Positions 18,568 through 29,726 of a stretch of DNA of 32,000 nucleotides are shown here, piece after piece; the stretch's first letter is position 1, and every line of letters begins with the position of its first letter. The notes under the pieces were generated by a model. The model saw only the letters and a list, made by a program, of their open reading frames with translations. It did no database searches and was not told where the DNA came from. The stretch lies in NCBI GenBank assembly GCA_050276055.1, contig JBNNQX010000002.1. The stretch is one strand, 5' to 3'. The position numbers and the translations under genes were made by a program. Origin of the DNA: Alkalihalobacillus sp. NPDC127517 (GTDB lineage: Bacteria; Bacillota; Bacilli; Bacillales; Bacillaceae_D).

Positions 18568-18893
18568 TCACTCATCAATGGATATATATTGATATTGATT
18601 GTAATAAGTAGTGTCTACTGATAGTGCATCAATCCCTCCAGCTATTCCTGCAAGTGTCCATCCTAGTCCAAGAACAGCCCCTGCTAATATAGTTACAACA
18701 CCATAATAATTTAGGTCTCTTGTTACTGTAGATTTACTGCTAGTACCGACCCAAGTACCACTATCTTTAGGAAGTTCCAGCAATATTCTAGGGTTTGTTA
18801 TGGGTAGCTCTTAACGGGTATAAAGTTGTTTCACCTAACAGGATGATAGCGCTAGCAATAATTTTTGACATTCATTTTCTTTTTTAATATCAA
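18568..18893 (-). pseudogene. Possible decayed gene for a small secreted or membrane-anchored protein
   Basis: A GAAGGGAG SD is followed by TTG/ATG and a few codons, then a stop after an A5 run. A +1 shift there reads a signal-peptide-like MNVKKIIASAIILLGETTLYPL, which then hits a TAG. The 71-aa ORF (18568-18783) continues in another frame with no SD and a TTG start, and it ends in a Gly/Ala-rich TM segment. Confidence 0.3.
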
Positions 18894-19027
18894 CACTCCC
18901 TTCAATTCTTAAATATTACTTAAAATATAATTAACCTCAAAAAAATAGAATCATATTAATTTATGTAAATAATCTAAAATGTATTAAAGGGGTATTGTAT
19001 AATGAACTTAGTTTGGAGGCGAATTTT

Positions 19028-19285
19028 ATGAACTCATTTTTTCAGAAAAGTGAGACTATCATTAGAATACTATTTATCGTTATATTTGTTATTTTTCTAA
19101 TTATAGCTAATTTCGCTGACTTATCACGTGACATTATTCTTCAAACCTCTTTAACAATAATGGCACTTATGTTTGTAACAGTTGGTATTTTCTATCTTAT
19201 TAAAAACGATAAAGCCGAAGGTCTAGTTAACCTTATTGGAGGCTCTATAATGTTAATCCTTCTTGGTTATTTCATTTTCTTATAA
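19028..19285 (+). CDS. Small integral membrane protein (85 aa, about 3 TM)
   Basis: A GGAGG SD lies 8 nt before the ATG at 19028, so the track start at 18995 is less likely. There are three hydrophobic segments, and a very strong terminator follows. Confidence 0.6.
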   Translation: MNSFFQKSETIIRILFIVIFVIFLIIANFADLSRDIILQTSLTIMALMFVTVGIFYLIKNDKAEGLVNLIGGSIMLILLGYFIFL

Positions 19286-19295
19286 ATTAATTAAT

Positions 19296-19343
19296 AAAAA
19301 AACACCTGACTCAGCAATTTTTTCTGAGTCAGGTGTTTTTTTT
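19296..19343. terminator. Bidirectional intrinsic terminator
   Basis: A perfect 13-bp stem forms between acacctgactcag and ctgagtcaggtgt, flanked by A7 and T8 runs. Confidence 0.8.
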
Positions 19344-19355
19344 AAAGGAGTTAAA

Positions 19356-19439
19356 ATGGGTAGAAAAGAACGAGCAAGATACGAGAACAATGAAAAAGTA
19401 AGAGAAATCCTCTCCATGGAGAATCCCGAAAATGAATGA
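19356..19439 (+). CDS. Candidate small ORF (27 aa, charged), speculative
   Basis: An AAAGGAG SD lies 5 nt before the ATG. The product would be MGRKERARYENNEKVREILSMENPENE. No promoter is visible between the upstream terminator and the ORF. Confidence 0.2.
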   Translation: MGRKERARYENNEKVREILSMENPENE

Positions 19440-19517
19440 TCTACATGCTGCTTATTTCTGCTGTACTCTTTTCTATTATGTATTTTTTAACAAAAGACTT
19501 TATTACAAGTCTCTTTG

Positions 19518-19781
19518 TTAAAAAACAACTTGAATGATAATATAAAAAATTGACAAGATAAAAAGTCCTGTTGTAATCCAACTAATAATCTCCCCAACTT
19601 TAATATATTTATTGTTAAACCGATCTTCTCTTTTTGCTACGTTAGCTAGGATTACACCTAAAACTCCAATTATACCTGCCAACCCTCCAGTTAATAAAAC
19701 GAGTACACCCGACACAATACCTATAGATAATGTAATGATTGACAGCAAGTCATTCGCATGATTATTTTCAACTCCCACCAT
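19518..19781 (-). CDS. Small integral membrane protein (87 aa, Gly-rich TM hairpin plus a C-terminal TM)
   Basis: A GGAAGGTGAG SD precedes the ATG at 19781. Hydrophobic segments include LLSIITLSIGIVSGVLVLLTGGLAGIIGVLGVILA and IISWITTGLFILSIFYIIIQVVF. Confidence 0.6.
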   Translation of the reverse strand: MVGVENNHANDLLSIITLSIGIVSGVLVLLTGGLAGIIGVLGVILANVAKREDRFNNKYIKVGEIISWITTGLFILSIFYIIIQVVF

Positions 19782-19804
19782 TCTCACCTTCCCTCACAAT
19801 TTGG

Positions 19805-20424
19805 TTAAAACAATATCTTCTCATTCATCCAAGCCTTAAGCTCTACATTCCCTTGGACCGATAACAACCGATATAAAAATCGATATGGCATTCTCACTTG
19901 ATCCAGCTGCGGAAGCGCTAATACAGTTTGATATCCTTCTTTAAAGGCTGCTGCCGATTGTTCATCTAATAGATACTCAAGCCCGATAAAATCGAGTTCT
20001 CTTGGAGCAACCACATAGGCTTCTGTGTCGACCAAACCTGTAATGATGTTACCGTCACTTAAAAATTGAGTTGGATCCATGTCTATTAGTACAAATGTAG
20101 AGGATTCTGGATGAGAAACATGCTGAAGCTGTTCTTGAGCCTTGTGGAGTATTACTTTAAAATCACTCATATCATTATAGAAAGTAGATACAAATTGACT
20201 CATTGTTTCTGAGATGTGTGAGTGAAAACGACTTAACGGAACGTGGAAGTTTCTAGTGGGAGAACCTGCATACTAGATGAGCGAACGATCCACTCGTCCT
20301 TCATCGTTTTAACTAACCAGACGTCACTAGCATGGTCTTCGTAGCCGGGACTCAGCTCGTGTACCTCTAAGATTCTTTCGTTTGGAAATAGTTTATTGCT
20401 AATCATCACTTTCCTCACCTCCAA
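19805..20424 (-). pseudogene. Split, short and divergent phosphotransferase (APH/ChoK-like kinase fold) gene
   Basis: The N-terminal piece (63 aa) has a beta3-Lys-like VWLVKT. The C-terminal piece (132 aa) has FVLIDMDPTQFL (Brenner-like, catalytic Asp kept, His and Asn replaced) and GLVDTEAY..PRELDF (DxE metal loop). The two pieces lie in different frames, and the second frame stays open 23 codons upstream of its Met. This is consistent with a single frameshift. Confidence 0.5.
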
Positions 20425-20546
20425 GCTCTATTCTAGTCTTATGTATTGTCTTTCCCAATAAATACAAGATTAAATCTGCAATTTCTGAGAGTTTGCAATC
20501 TTAAGCATCTTTTCCTTTTCATCTCTTAAACTTTTTAATATATTAA

Positions 20547-22856
<2,310 letters not shown>

Positions 22857-22863
22857 ATATTAA

Positions 22864-22907
22864 ATAGCAAAAAAGACACAGTGCTCAAGCTGTGTCTTTT
22901 TTGCTAT
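22864..22907. terminator. Bidirectional intrinsic terminator (katG and the convergent PadR-like gene)
   Basis: A perfect 18-bp stem forms between atagcaaaaaagacacag and ctgtgtcttttttgctat with an 8-nt loop. Confidence 0.85.
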
Positions 22908-23025
22908 TTGGTTTCATTGCAATCGCTAAAGTGCTCATTTTCGGAATTGCGAACGAACGTTCTGTACATATTTATAAATATATACTAGGGATATTATTTC
23001 CTTCACTTAATATATTTAAAAATGT

Positions 23026-23397
23026 TTAATCTACGTTAAAATCATTCAAAGCCTTTTCTAAAATAGCATGGGACCTAACCATTTCATCGAATGCTTCTTG
23101 TTTGATTCTATGAGCTTTATCGCCATCTCGAAAGTAATAAACATTTACTTCTTGGAAAGAGTCCGCGCGCAATTTTCGTTTAGTAGAGCGTAATACACCT
23201 TCCTCTATTAATTCATAGAGAGCTCGATATAACTCTGCATGATTTGGGGAAAATCCATAAGGTTTAAATTGTTTTTTTAATTCCTCTAGCATTTGGGTAC
23301 CATATGGTCTGCCATCTTCAATAAATGATATTAGATACGCTTTTAAGAATAATCGTTGCTTAATTAAAAAGCCAGTTGATACTCTTTTACGATTCAT
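23026..23397 (-). CDS. PadR-like winged-helix transcriptional regulator
   Basis: The 123 aa product contains YGTQMLEELK...ELYRALYELIEEGVL, matching the PadR recognition-helix and wing pattern (YGYEl..l....G.lYp.L.rLe..Gl). A GGGGAGGGG SD precedes the start. Confidence 0.7.
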   Translation of the reverse strand: MNRKRVSTGFLIKQRLFLKAYLISFIEDGRPYGTQMLEELKKQFKPYGFSPNHAELYRALYELIEEGVLRSTKRKLRADSFQEVNVYYFRDGDKAHRIKQEAFDEMVRSHAILEKALNDFNVD

Positions 23398-23414
23398 TCT
23401 AAGTCCCCTCCCCT

Positions 23415-23435
23415 TATTATACTAATTGTATAATA
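23415..23435. promoter_or_regulatory. Inverted repeat TATTATAC-N5-GTATAATA overlapping a TATAAT -10 box (candidate autoregulatory operator)
   Basis: The arms are perfect 8-bp repeats. The minus-strand reading contains TATAAT about 20 nt upstream of the PadR-like gene SD. Confidence 0.4.
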
Positions 23436-23463
23436 GTGACGAATAAAGAGATACGATTTTTTC

Positions 23464-23504
23464 TAAAAAAAGCCTTCTTGCACGATAATTCGTCAAGAAG
23501 GCCC
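23464..23504 (-). terminator. Intrinsic terminator after the ABC-2 permease gene
   Basis: On the minus-strand RNA the hairpin is ggccttcttgacg-aattat-cgtgcaagaaggc, followed by U7. Confidence 0.7.
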
Positions 23505-23512
23505 CTACTATG

Positions 23513-24337
23513 CTATTTTTTGTTCTTATATAAATACATGGTTAGTGGTGCGAAGATGACGAAAAGAATCGCTGAAGCTAATAACACCCAACCAACTTCT
23601 GACGCCGTCACTGAACCGTACATGCATCCTCTTACGGCAGTCACTAAGAGTGAGATAGGATTCACATCTACGAACCCTTGAAGTAATTTAGGAAGAGTTT
23701 GTGGATCTACAAACACATTACTTACAAAAGTTAATGGAAATAGCACCATCATACTTACCATCATTAGAGATTTATCTGAACGCATAATGATGCCAAGAGT
23801 CGTCCAGATCCATGAAAGGCTGAAGCAAAAAATAAGTATAAGACCTAAGGCTGCTAGAACACCCATGAATCCTCCCTCTGGTCTGAAGCCTAGCAACAAT
23901 CCTAAAAGGATCATGATTGTTGAAGCCATTAAATATCGTACGGCATCTACAAGCAAAGCACCAACTAAAGCAGACGGTAACCAGATTGGTAATGTTCTAA
24001 AGCGATCAAACACACCTTTTCGAATATCATTGTTCAAGTCTAGACCTGTGTACATCGTGATTTGCGCAACAGTCATGACTAAAATACCTGGCAACAAAAA
24101 TTGTAAGTACTCACCTGTTGAGCCGGCAATGGCTCCCCCGAACAAGTATGTGAACATTAATAGAAAAATAATCGGGAACATCGTAACATCGAACAATTGT
24201 TCTGGTATATGTTTAATTCGCAGTAATGCTCTTGATGAAAAGGTTAATGATGATGATAGCGGACTAGGACGTGGCGGTCTAACACTTGATGCAATGGTAT
24301 CTTGGAGTTTTTGATCTGCCTCGATTTTGTGGCTCAT
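23513..24337 (-). CDS. ABC-2 type exporter permease (DrrB-like)
   Basis: The product has six TM segments and an ABC-2 profile. The start overlaps the ATPase gene stop by 4 nt. Confidence 0.85.
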   Translation of the reverse strand: MSHKIEADQKLQDTIASSVRPPRPSPLSSSLTFSSRALLRIKHIPEQLFDVTMFPIIFLLMFTYLFGGAIAGSTGEYLQFLLPGILVMTVAQITMYTGLDLNNDIRKGVFDRFRTLPIWLPSALVGALLVDAVRYLMASTIMILLGLLLGFRPEGGFMGVLAALGLILIFCFSLSWIWTTLGIIMRSDKSLMMVSMMVLFPLTFVSNVFVDPQTLPKLLQGFVDVNPISLLVTAVRGCMYGSVTASEVGWVLLASAILFVIFAPLTMYLYKNKK

Positions 24338-25311
24338 TTCACATCACCCACTTCTGAGGGAGTAATTTGACCTGTTAATGTAAGAAAAACCTCATCCAGA
24401 CTTGGTTGACCTAGCGAGAAATCAACTAGTGATATGCCTGCTTCATCAAGTGTATTAAGAGCCTTCATCACAATGGATGAGTGAGTAACCTGACAAGAAA
24501 GTGAGGTAGAATCTGATCCGATATGTATCGGTCCTTCAACGATGGTTTCTAACAAGGTTACCGCCCTTGTGCTTTCTTCACTGTCGGCTAAACGTACTTG
24601 GAAGGTTCCTGACCCAACAGATGCTTTTAGCTCATCACTCGTTCCTTCTGCAATGATCTTTCCTTGATTGATGACTGCAATTCGATCTGCAAGTTGATCG
24701 GCTTCTTCTAAGTATTGAGTCGTCAATAGAACCGTTGTGCCGGCTTTAACCAACGCACGAACAATATCCCATACTTGATTGCGACTCCTTGGATCAAGTC
24801 CTGTTGTTGGTTCATCAAGAAAAAGAAGTTCTGGTGTCACCACGATACTTGCCGCGATATCGATACGTCTTCGCATACCTCCTGAATACTTTTTCACCTG
24901 TCTTTTAGCTGCATCTTCTAAACTAAAAGCATGTAACAACTCCATCGCACGTTCCTTTGCTTGTCTGCGAGAAAATCCCATTAAACGTGCAATTAGAACT
25001 AAGTTTTCAATCCCTGTTAAATCTTCATCGATTGAAGCATATTGACCAGTTAAGCTAATTCGACTACGCACCTCTGCTGATTCTGTAGCTAAATCGTAAC
25101 CGAAAATGTTTGCTCTGCCACCGTCTAAAGGTAACAATGTTGACAACATACGAATGGTTGTTGTTTTACCTGCACCGTTTGGGCCCAAAAAGCCATAAAC
25201 CGTTCCTTTTTTTATGGATAGATCAACACCATCTACTGCACGGTGATCAGCAAATACCTTGACTAGACCCTTTGCTTCAATGGCTAGTTCTGAATTTCCT
25301 TCTTGAATCAA
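24334..25311 (-). CDS. ABC exporter ATP-binding protein (DrrA/daunorubicin-resistance-like subfamily)
   Basis: Walker A is GPNGAGKTT, the signature is YSGGMRRR and Walker B is [12 protein letters not shown]. The C-terminal extension is typical of DrrA-like ATPases. The TTG start has an AAGGGTGGTG SD. Confidence 0.9.
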   Translation of the reverse strand: MIQEGNSELAIEAKGLVKVFADHRAVDGVDLSIKKGTVYGFLGPNGAGKTTTIRMLSTLLPLDGGRANIFGYDLATESAEVRSRISLTGQYASIDEDLTGIENLVLIARLMGFSRRQAKERAMELLHAFSLEDAAKRQVKKYSGGMRRRIDIAASIVVTPELLFLDEPTTGLDPRSRNQVWDIVRALVKAGTTVLLTTQYLEEADQLADRIAVINQGKIIAEGTSDELKASVGSGTFQVRLADSEESTRAVTLLETIVEGPIHIGSDSTSLSCQVTHSSIVMKALNTLDEAGISLVDFSLGQPSLDEVFLTLTGQITPSEVGDVK

Positions 25312-25473
25312 TACTTTGCACCACCCTTATGAGTACTTTAAATAACCAACTATAGGCCATTATTCTTAGTAAACCACAACTTTATTCATATTGTTGGTAT
25401 TTCGTATAAAGAACATAAATTATTTAGAGTCTTTTTAAAAGTGATTATAAAAAGAGTATTCTTCTACTCCTAT

Positions 25474-25518
25474 CAAAAAAACCACCCTAGCGCCATGATG
25501 CTGTGCTTAGGATGGTTC
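25474..25518 (-). terminator. Intrinsic terminator after the sugar ABC operon
   Basis: On the minus-strand RNA a stem forms between accauccuaagc and gcuagggugguu, using a G:U pair and one bulge. U7 follows. Confidence 0.6.
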
Positions 25519-25527
25519 GAAAATACT

Positions 25528-26346
25528 CTATTCTTTTACTGCACCACTGGCAATTCCGGCAATAAAGTATCGCTGCAGGAATAAAAACATAATGAAAATC
25601 GGGAGAACCGAGATGGCAGCTGCGAGCATCAATTGCCCGTAGTCAAGATTATCTTGACCAGCAAGGATTGATAAAACAATCGGTAAGGTGTACATATCCT
25701 CTGTTACGATTGCAACGAGTGGCCATAAGAAATTATTCCACTGATGAGTAAAAAGGAAGATTGATACAGCTCCAATGGCAGGTAACATCATGGGCAATGA
25801 AATCTGAAAGAAGATCCGATATTCCCCACACCCATCAATTCGTGCTGATTCTAGTAATGAATCTGGAATGGACTTCATGCTTTGCCTCATTAGAAAAATA
25901 GCAAATGGATAGGCAAGCTGCGGCAAAATAATCGCGCTGTATGAGTTTAAGATGCCAATGTTTGCAAACAATTCAAACTGCGGAATGATTAATGCCTGAT
26001 ACGGAATCATCATAGACACAAGCAGCATAGCAAACAGTGTTTTTCGACCCTTAAATTCGTATTTCGCGAAGGCATAACCTGCCGCTGCACTAAACAAGCC
26101 AGCAACTACAGTAAATGTAACTGTAATAATTGTTGAATTCCATAATGCTTGAAAGATATCAACGTTATCAATCAGGTTACGAAAGTTCGTAGCAAGTTGA
26201 TCACCAGGGATTAGGTTAGGTGGCACAGATAACAAGGAGCCTGATGAATTGGTTGCCCCAACAACCATCCAATAAAATGGCCCAAGTGTGATGAATAAGC
26301 CAATTGCAATCACAAGGTACTTAGCCATTAACTTAAGAACTCGCAT
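25528..26346 (-). CDS. Carbohydrate ABC transporter permease (MalG/CUT1 type)
   Basis: The product has six TM segments and the EAA loop region LLESARIDGCGEYRIFFQISLP. Confidence 0.9.
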   Translation of the reverse strand: MRVLKLMAKYLVIAIGLFITLGPFYWMVVGATNSSGSLLSVPPNLIPGDQLATNFRNLIDNVDIFQALWNSTIITVTFTVVAGLFSAAAGYAFAKYEFKGRKTLFAMLLVSMMIPYQALIIPQFELFANIGILNSYSAIILPQLAYPFAIFLMRQSMKSIPDSLLESARIDGCGEYRIFFQISLPMMLPAIGAVSIFLFTHQWNNFLWPLVAIVTEDMYTLPIVLSILAGQDNLDYGQLMLAAAISVLPIFIMFLFLQRYFIAGIASGAVKE

Positions 26347-27260
26347 TAATCATCACCTGCCAGTTTAAATTGGATAAAGGATAGAATTGCTATGATGAGT
26401 ACAACCACATAGGCAATAGATGAAGCGTAACCAAAGTCAAAGTACTCAAAACCATTCTCGTACAAATACATTGTAACTGTTGTGGTTGCGTTGATTGGTC
26501 CACCATCTGTTAAATTAAACGCTTCATCAAACAATTGGAATGTACCAATTGTTGACATGACGAAAGCAAAGAGAAGAACAGGTTTTAGCTGAGGAAGTGT
26601 AATAGAGAAGAACTTCCTGAGTGGTGTCGCTCCATCAATACTTGCAGCTTCATACAGGTCTTTTGGAATGACTTGAAGTCCTGCAAGAATGATAATCATG
26701 TTATAGCCTGTCCATCTCCAAATCGTGACGATAATGAGCGAAACCTTTGCCCAGAACGGATCATTTAACCAAGGAATGCGGTCGATCCCAATCGATTGAA
26801 GGATGAAATTCAAAATCCCAAAGTCTTGATTCAAGATTAATAGAAAGATCACAGCTGCCGCTACTAGTGATGTTACAGTTGGGGTGAAAAATGCAACTCG
26901 TAAAACACCTTTGAAGCGGTGGATTCCACTATGAAGAACATTGGCTAATATAACTGCCAGCATGATCATGATTGGAACTTGAAAAATTAGAATGATAAAG
27001 GTATTTAACAACGACTCATAAAACAAGCTATCCTGAAACAAACGAATGTAGTTTTCAAATCCAGCAAATGTGTTAACTCCTTCTACGTTTGTGGTGAAAC
27101 TTAGAATAAGAGAATACACAATAGGATAACCAGTAAAAAGCAAAAAGAGTATAATCGCTGGTGCTACAAACACATAAGGTGCCAAGCCTACTTTATTTCT
27201 GGTTTTCTTTGGTTTGGACGTTCGAGGTGCTTTGGTTTTTGGAGTGACGGTATTACTCAT
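26346..27260 (-). CDS. Carbohydrate ABC transporter permease (MalF/CUT1 type)
   Basis: The EAA loop is LYEAASIDGATPLRKFFSITLP, with a multi-TM profile. The stop and start abut the downstream permease gene. Confidence 0.9.
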   Translation of the reverse strand: MSNTVTPKTKAPRTSKPKKTRNKVGLAPYVFVAPAIILFLLFTGYPIVYSLILSFTTNVEGVNTFAGFENYIRLFQDSLFYESLLNTFIILIFQVPIMIMLAVILANVLHSGIHRFKGVLRVAFFTPTVTSLVAAAVIFLLILNQDFGILNFILQSIGIDRIPWLNDPFWAKVSLIIVTIWRWTGYNMIIILAGLQVIPKDLYEAASIDGATPLRKFFSITLPQLKPVLLFAFVMSTIGTFQLFDEAFNLTDGGPINATTTVTMYLYENGFEYFDFGYASSIAYVVVLIIAILSFIQFKLAGDD

Positions 27261-28551
27261 CGCTTACCTCCCGTCCGGTTGCCGCTTCCAATCGATTTGC
27301 CGCTGTTTCAAGCGCTTCGTCTATGGGGACATCCTGTAAGATGACTCGTCCAATCGCATCATTAAATGTGTTTTGTGCCCGTAAGTAATCGTCTGTAAAG
27401 TTAACAACAGGAAGATCTACTGCTTCTTCACCAAAGAGAGTAAACACTTCCTGACCTCCAAAGAAATCGTCTCCCTCTTCGAATTCTGGTCGTTCAATCG
27501 CTTCTATTAATGCGGGGTAAGCTCCGTATGATAAGGCTCCGTGAACTTGGTTGTCTACATTAACCGATGCGAACTCACCAAAAAGGTAAGCAGCTTCCTT
27601 GTTTGTAGAGACGGACGTGATAGCAAGGTTGGATCCCCCGTCATTTGCAGCAGTTAAGCCTCCCTCTTCAAAAGCAGGTAGCTTCATCACACGCCATAAA
27701 CCCTCTTGCTCTGGCATCTGGTCTTCTATAATCCCTTTTTGCCAAGAACCGCTGATTACAGACGCTACTGCATCATTCTTAATGGCTGCATTCACCTCTT
27801 CGCCATTCGAAGCGTATAGAAATAAGCCTGCGTCATCCATTTCTTTTAACTTCTCCATTGCTTGTAGGGCTGCATATGTATTGGCTGTAATCCGCCCATC
27901 TAAATCAAAATAAAACAAATCTTGTTGTTGAAGCATGGCACGATAGAACTGTGTATCCCCAGTGAGTTGAATCCCTGTCATCAACGTACCAGTCCGTTCT
28001 AACATTTGTTCACCTGCTTCAATGTAATCATCCCATGTGACGATATCATTGGCATCGATTCCAGCTTCCTCAAATAAATCCGCCCGGTAAAAGACTGCCA
28101 TGGGTCCAGTATCTCGCGGGAATGCCATAACGCCACCTTCGTCATTAATAAGAGGTGAGATTTTTCCTTCAACAAACTTATCTCGGTGCTCGTCAAAGCC
28201 CATATCAGATAAATTAACGAAGCTCTCTTGGAAGTTGTCCATGTACAAATCAATCCGTTGATTTTCTACCTGAACAAGGTCAGGTAGCTGACTTTCCACA
28301 CCTGCTGCTAAACCGGTGGTTAAACGTTGATACACTTGGTCTCCACTTAACTTCAAGATGTTCACTTGAATATCAGGATACAATTCTTCAAATTCTGGAA
28401 CTAAATCAATTAAATAATCTGCTTCTAAATTCCAAGCCCAAACGGTTAATTCTCCAGTTGCTCCTTCAGTTTCATTTGTATTTTCGTTGTCGCTACAACC
28501 TGCAGTTAGAACTAAGACTACCGCTGCACTTAAAGGCCATTTAAGACGCAT
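27253..28551 (-). CDS. Extracellular solute-binding lipoprotein, family 1 (sugar ABC)
   Basis: The signal peptide has the lipobox LTAGC. The 432 aa product has an SBP_bac_1-like pattern. An AGGGAGGGAG SD precedes the start. Confidence 0.88.
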   Translation of the reverse strand: MRLKWPLSAAVVLVLTAGCSDNENTNETEGATGELTVWAWNLEADYLIDLVPEFEELYPDIQVNILKLSGDQVYQRLTTGLAAGVESQLPDLVQVENQRIDLYMDNFQESFVNLSDMGFDEHRDKFVEGKISPLINDEGGVMAFPRDTGPMAVFYRADLFEEAGIDANDIVTWDDYIEAGEQMLERTGTLMTGIQLTGDTQFYRAMLQQQDLFYFDLDGRITANTYAALQAMEKLKEMDDAGLFLYASNGEEVNAAIKNDAVASVISGSWQKGIIEDQMPEQEGLWRVMKLPAFEEGGLTAANDGGSNLAITSVSTNKEAAYLFGEFASVNVDNQVHGALSYGAYPALIEAIERPEFEEGDDFFGGQEVFTLFGEEAVDLPVVNFTDDYLRAQNTFNDAIGRVILQDVPIDEALETAANRLEAATGREVSDE

Positions 28552-28595
28552 AATCTCCCTCCCTTATGATCGTGAAACGAATGTAAATACACTTT

Positions 28596-28609
28596 TGATA
28601 ACGCTTCCA
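28596..28609 (-). promoter_or_regulatory. Catabolite-responsive element (cre) candidate
   Basis: The minus-strand sequence TGGAAGCGTTATCA matches the consensus TGWAANCGNTNWCA with one deviation at position 3. It lies immediately downstream of the -10 box below. Confidence 0.5.
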
Positions 28610-28638
28610 TTATTAGCATATGGAAATTCATCCGTCAA
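28610..28638 (-). promoter_or_regulatory. SigA-type promoter (TTGACG-17 nt-TAATAA) for the sugar ABC operon
   Basis: On the minus strand TTGACG lies at 28638-28633, the spacer is 17 nt and TAATAA lies at 28615-28610. Confidence 0.5.
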
Positions 28639-28694
28639 TTAACAACCCTTTTTATGGTTCATATTTTAGAAAAATGAACGTTCAATTTAATTGA

Positions 28695-28728
28695 GAAAAA
28701 GCGATTCCATCAACGGAAAATCGCTTTT
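28695..28728 (-). terminator. Intrinsic terminator after trpS
   Basis: A stem forms between aaagcgatt and aatcgcttt, and a U-run follows on the minus-strand RNA. Confidence 0.7.
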
Positions 28729-28736
28729 ACATTCAA

Positions 28737-29726
28737 TCAAAAATAATTTAACATCATCGCTTCTCGTACTTCATTCATCGTCTCTTTAGCGATCAATTGA
28801 GTTCGCTCCGTTCCTGCCTGTACAATCTCTTTTATATAAGTAGGCTTTTGAGCGTACACGTCTCTTCGTTCTCGCATCGGTTCAAGCAATGTTTGAATAC
28901 TTGCTGAAATCGCTGCTTTACACTCAACACAACCAAGCTGACCTTTTTGGCATCCTTCATAAATTTGTTCTGAGCCTTCTTGTCGAAACACAGTATGATA
29001 GGTATAGATTGGACAAATGTCCGGATGTCCGGGGTCTGATTTTCGGATCCGCGCAGGATCTGTTTTTGCTTTCTTAATTTGATCCATAATTTCTTGCTTT
29101 GTTGAATCCAAATTAATCGTGTTTCCTTTACTCTTGCTCATCTTACTATCTCCATCGAGCCCAATTAGCCTTGCACAATCACTTATGATCGCTTTAGGTT
29201 CAGTAAATACTGGCGCATAAAGCTGATTAAAACGCCTTAAGATTTTTCGTGTCTGTTCCATATGAGGAAGTTGATCCTCACCTACTGGTACGACGGTTGC
29301 CTTAGAAAATGCAATATCTGCCGTTTGGCTAATAGGATATCCTAAAAAACCATAATATAAATCGCTATACCCCTTTTCACTTGCTTCAGCTTTTATTGTT
29401 GGGTTATGTTTCAAAGAATTAACGGTTACAAACATTGAGAAATAGGATGTTAGTTCCGCAATTTCCGGGATAAGTGATTGTATAAAGATCGTAGACTGCT
29501 CCGGATCAATGCCTACTGATAAGTAATCGAGTGTGACTTGCTCCACGTGTTTTTTTAGAGTGTCCGGTTGTTTAAAATGAGTCGTTAATGCTTGAACATC
29601 AGCGAGCATAAAAAAGGAATCATAGGATCCTTGAAGCTCTACACGATTTTTTAAACTTCCTACATAATGCCCCAGATGAAGCTTGCCTGTTACACGGTCC
29701 CCAGTTAATAAACGTTCTTTCATCAT
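28737..29726 (-). CDS. trpS: Tryptophan--tRNA ligase, Cys4-motif subclass
   Basis: Class I motifs are HLGH (HIGH) and KMSKS. The upstream T-box has a UGG specifier. The GGAGG SD sits 4 and 7 nt before the ATGATG at 29726/29723. The track start (GTG at 29789) adds 21 aa that have no counterpart in TrpRS N-termini I can recall. Confidence 0.9.
   Translation of the reverse strand: MMKERLLTGDRVTGKLHLGHYVGSLKNRVELQGSYDSFFMLADVQALTTHFKQPDTLKKHVEQVTLDYLSVGIDPEQSTIFIQSLIPEIAELTSYFSMFVTVNSLKHNPTIKAEASEKGYSDLYYGFLGYPISQTADIAFSKATVVPVGEDQLPHMEQTRKILRRFNQLYAPVFTEPKAIISDCARLIGLDGDSKMSKSKGNTINLDSTKQEIMDQIKKAKTDPARIRKSDPGHPDICPIYTYHTVFRQEGSEQIYEGCQKGQLGCVECKAAISASIQTLLEPMRERRDVYAQKPTYIKEIVQAGTERTQLIAKETMNEVREAMMLNYF

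Noticed and set aside
19278-19417. A 46-codon minus-strand ORF (MERISLTFSLFSYLARSF...) antisense to the small plus-strand ORF.
   Set aside because: It has no SD, it runs straight through the 19296-19343 terminator hairpin, and it is the mirror image of the plus-strand sequence.
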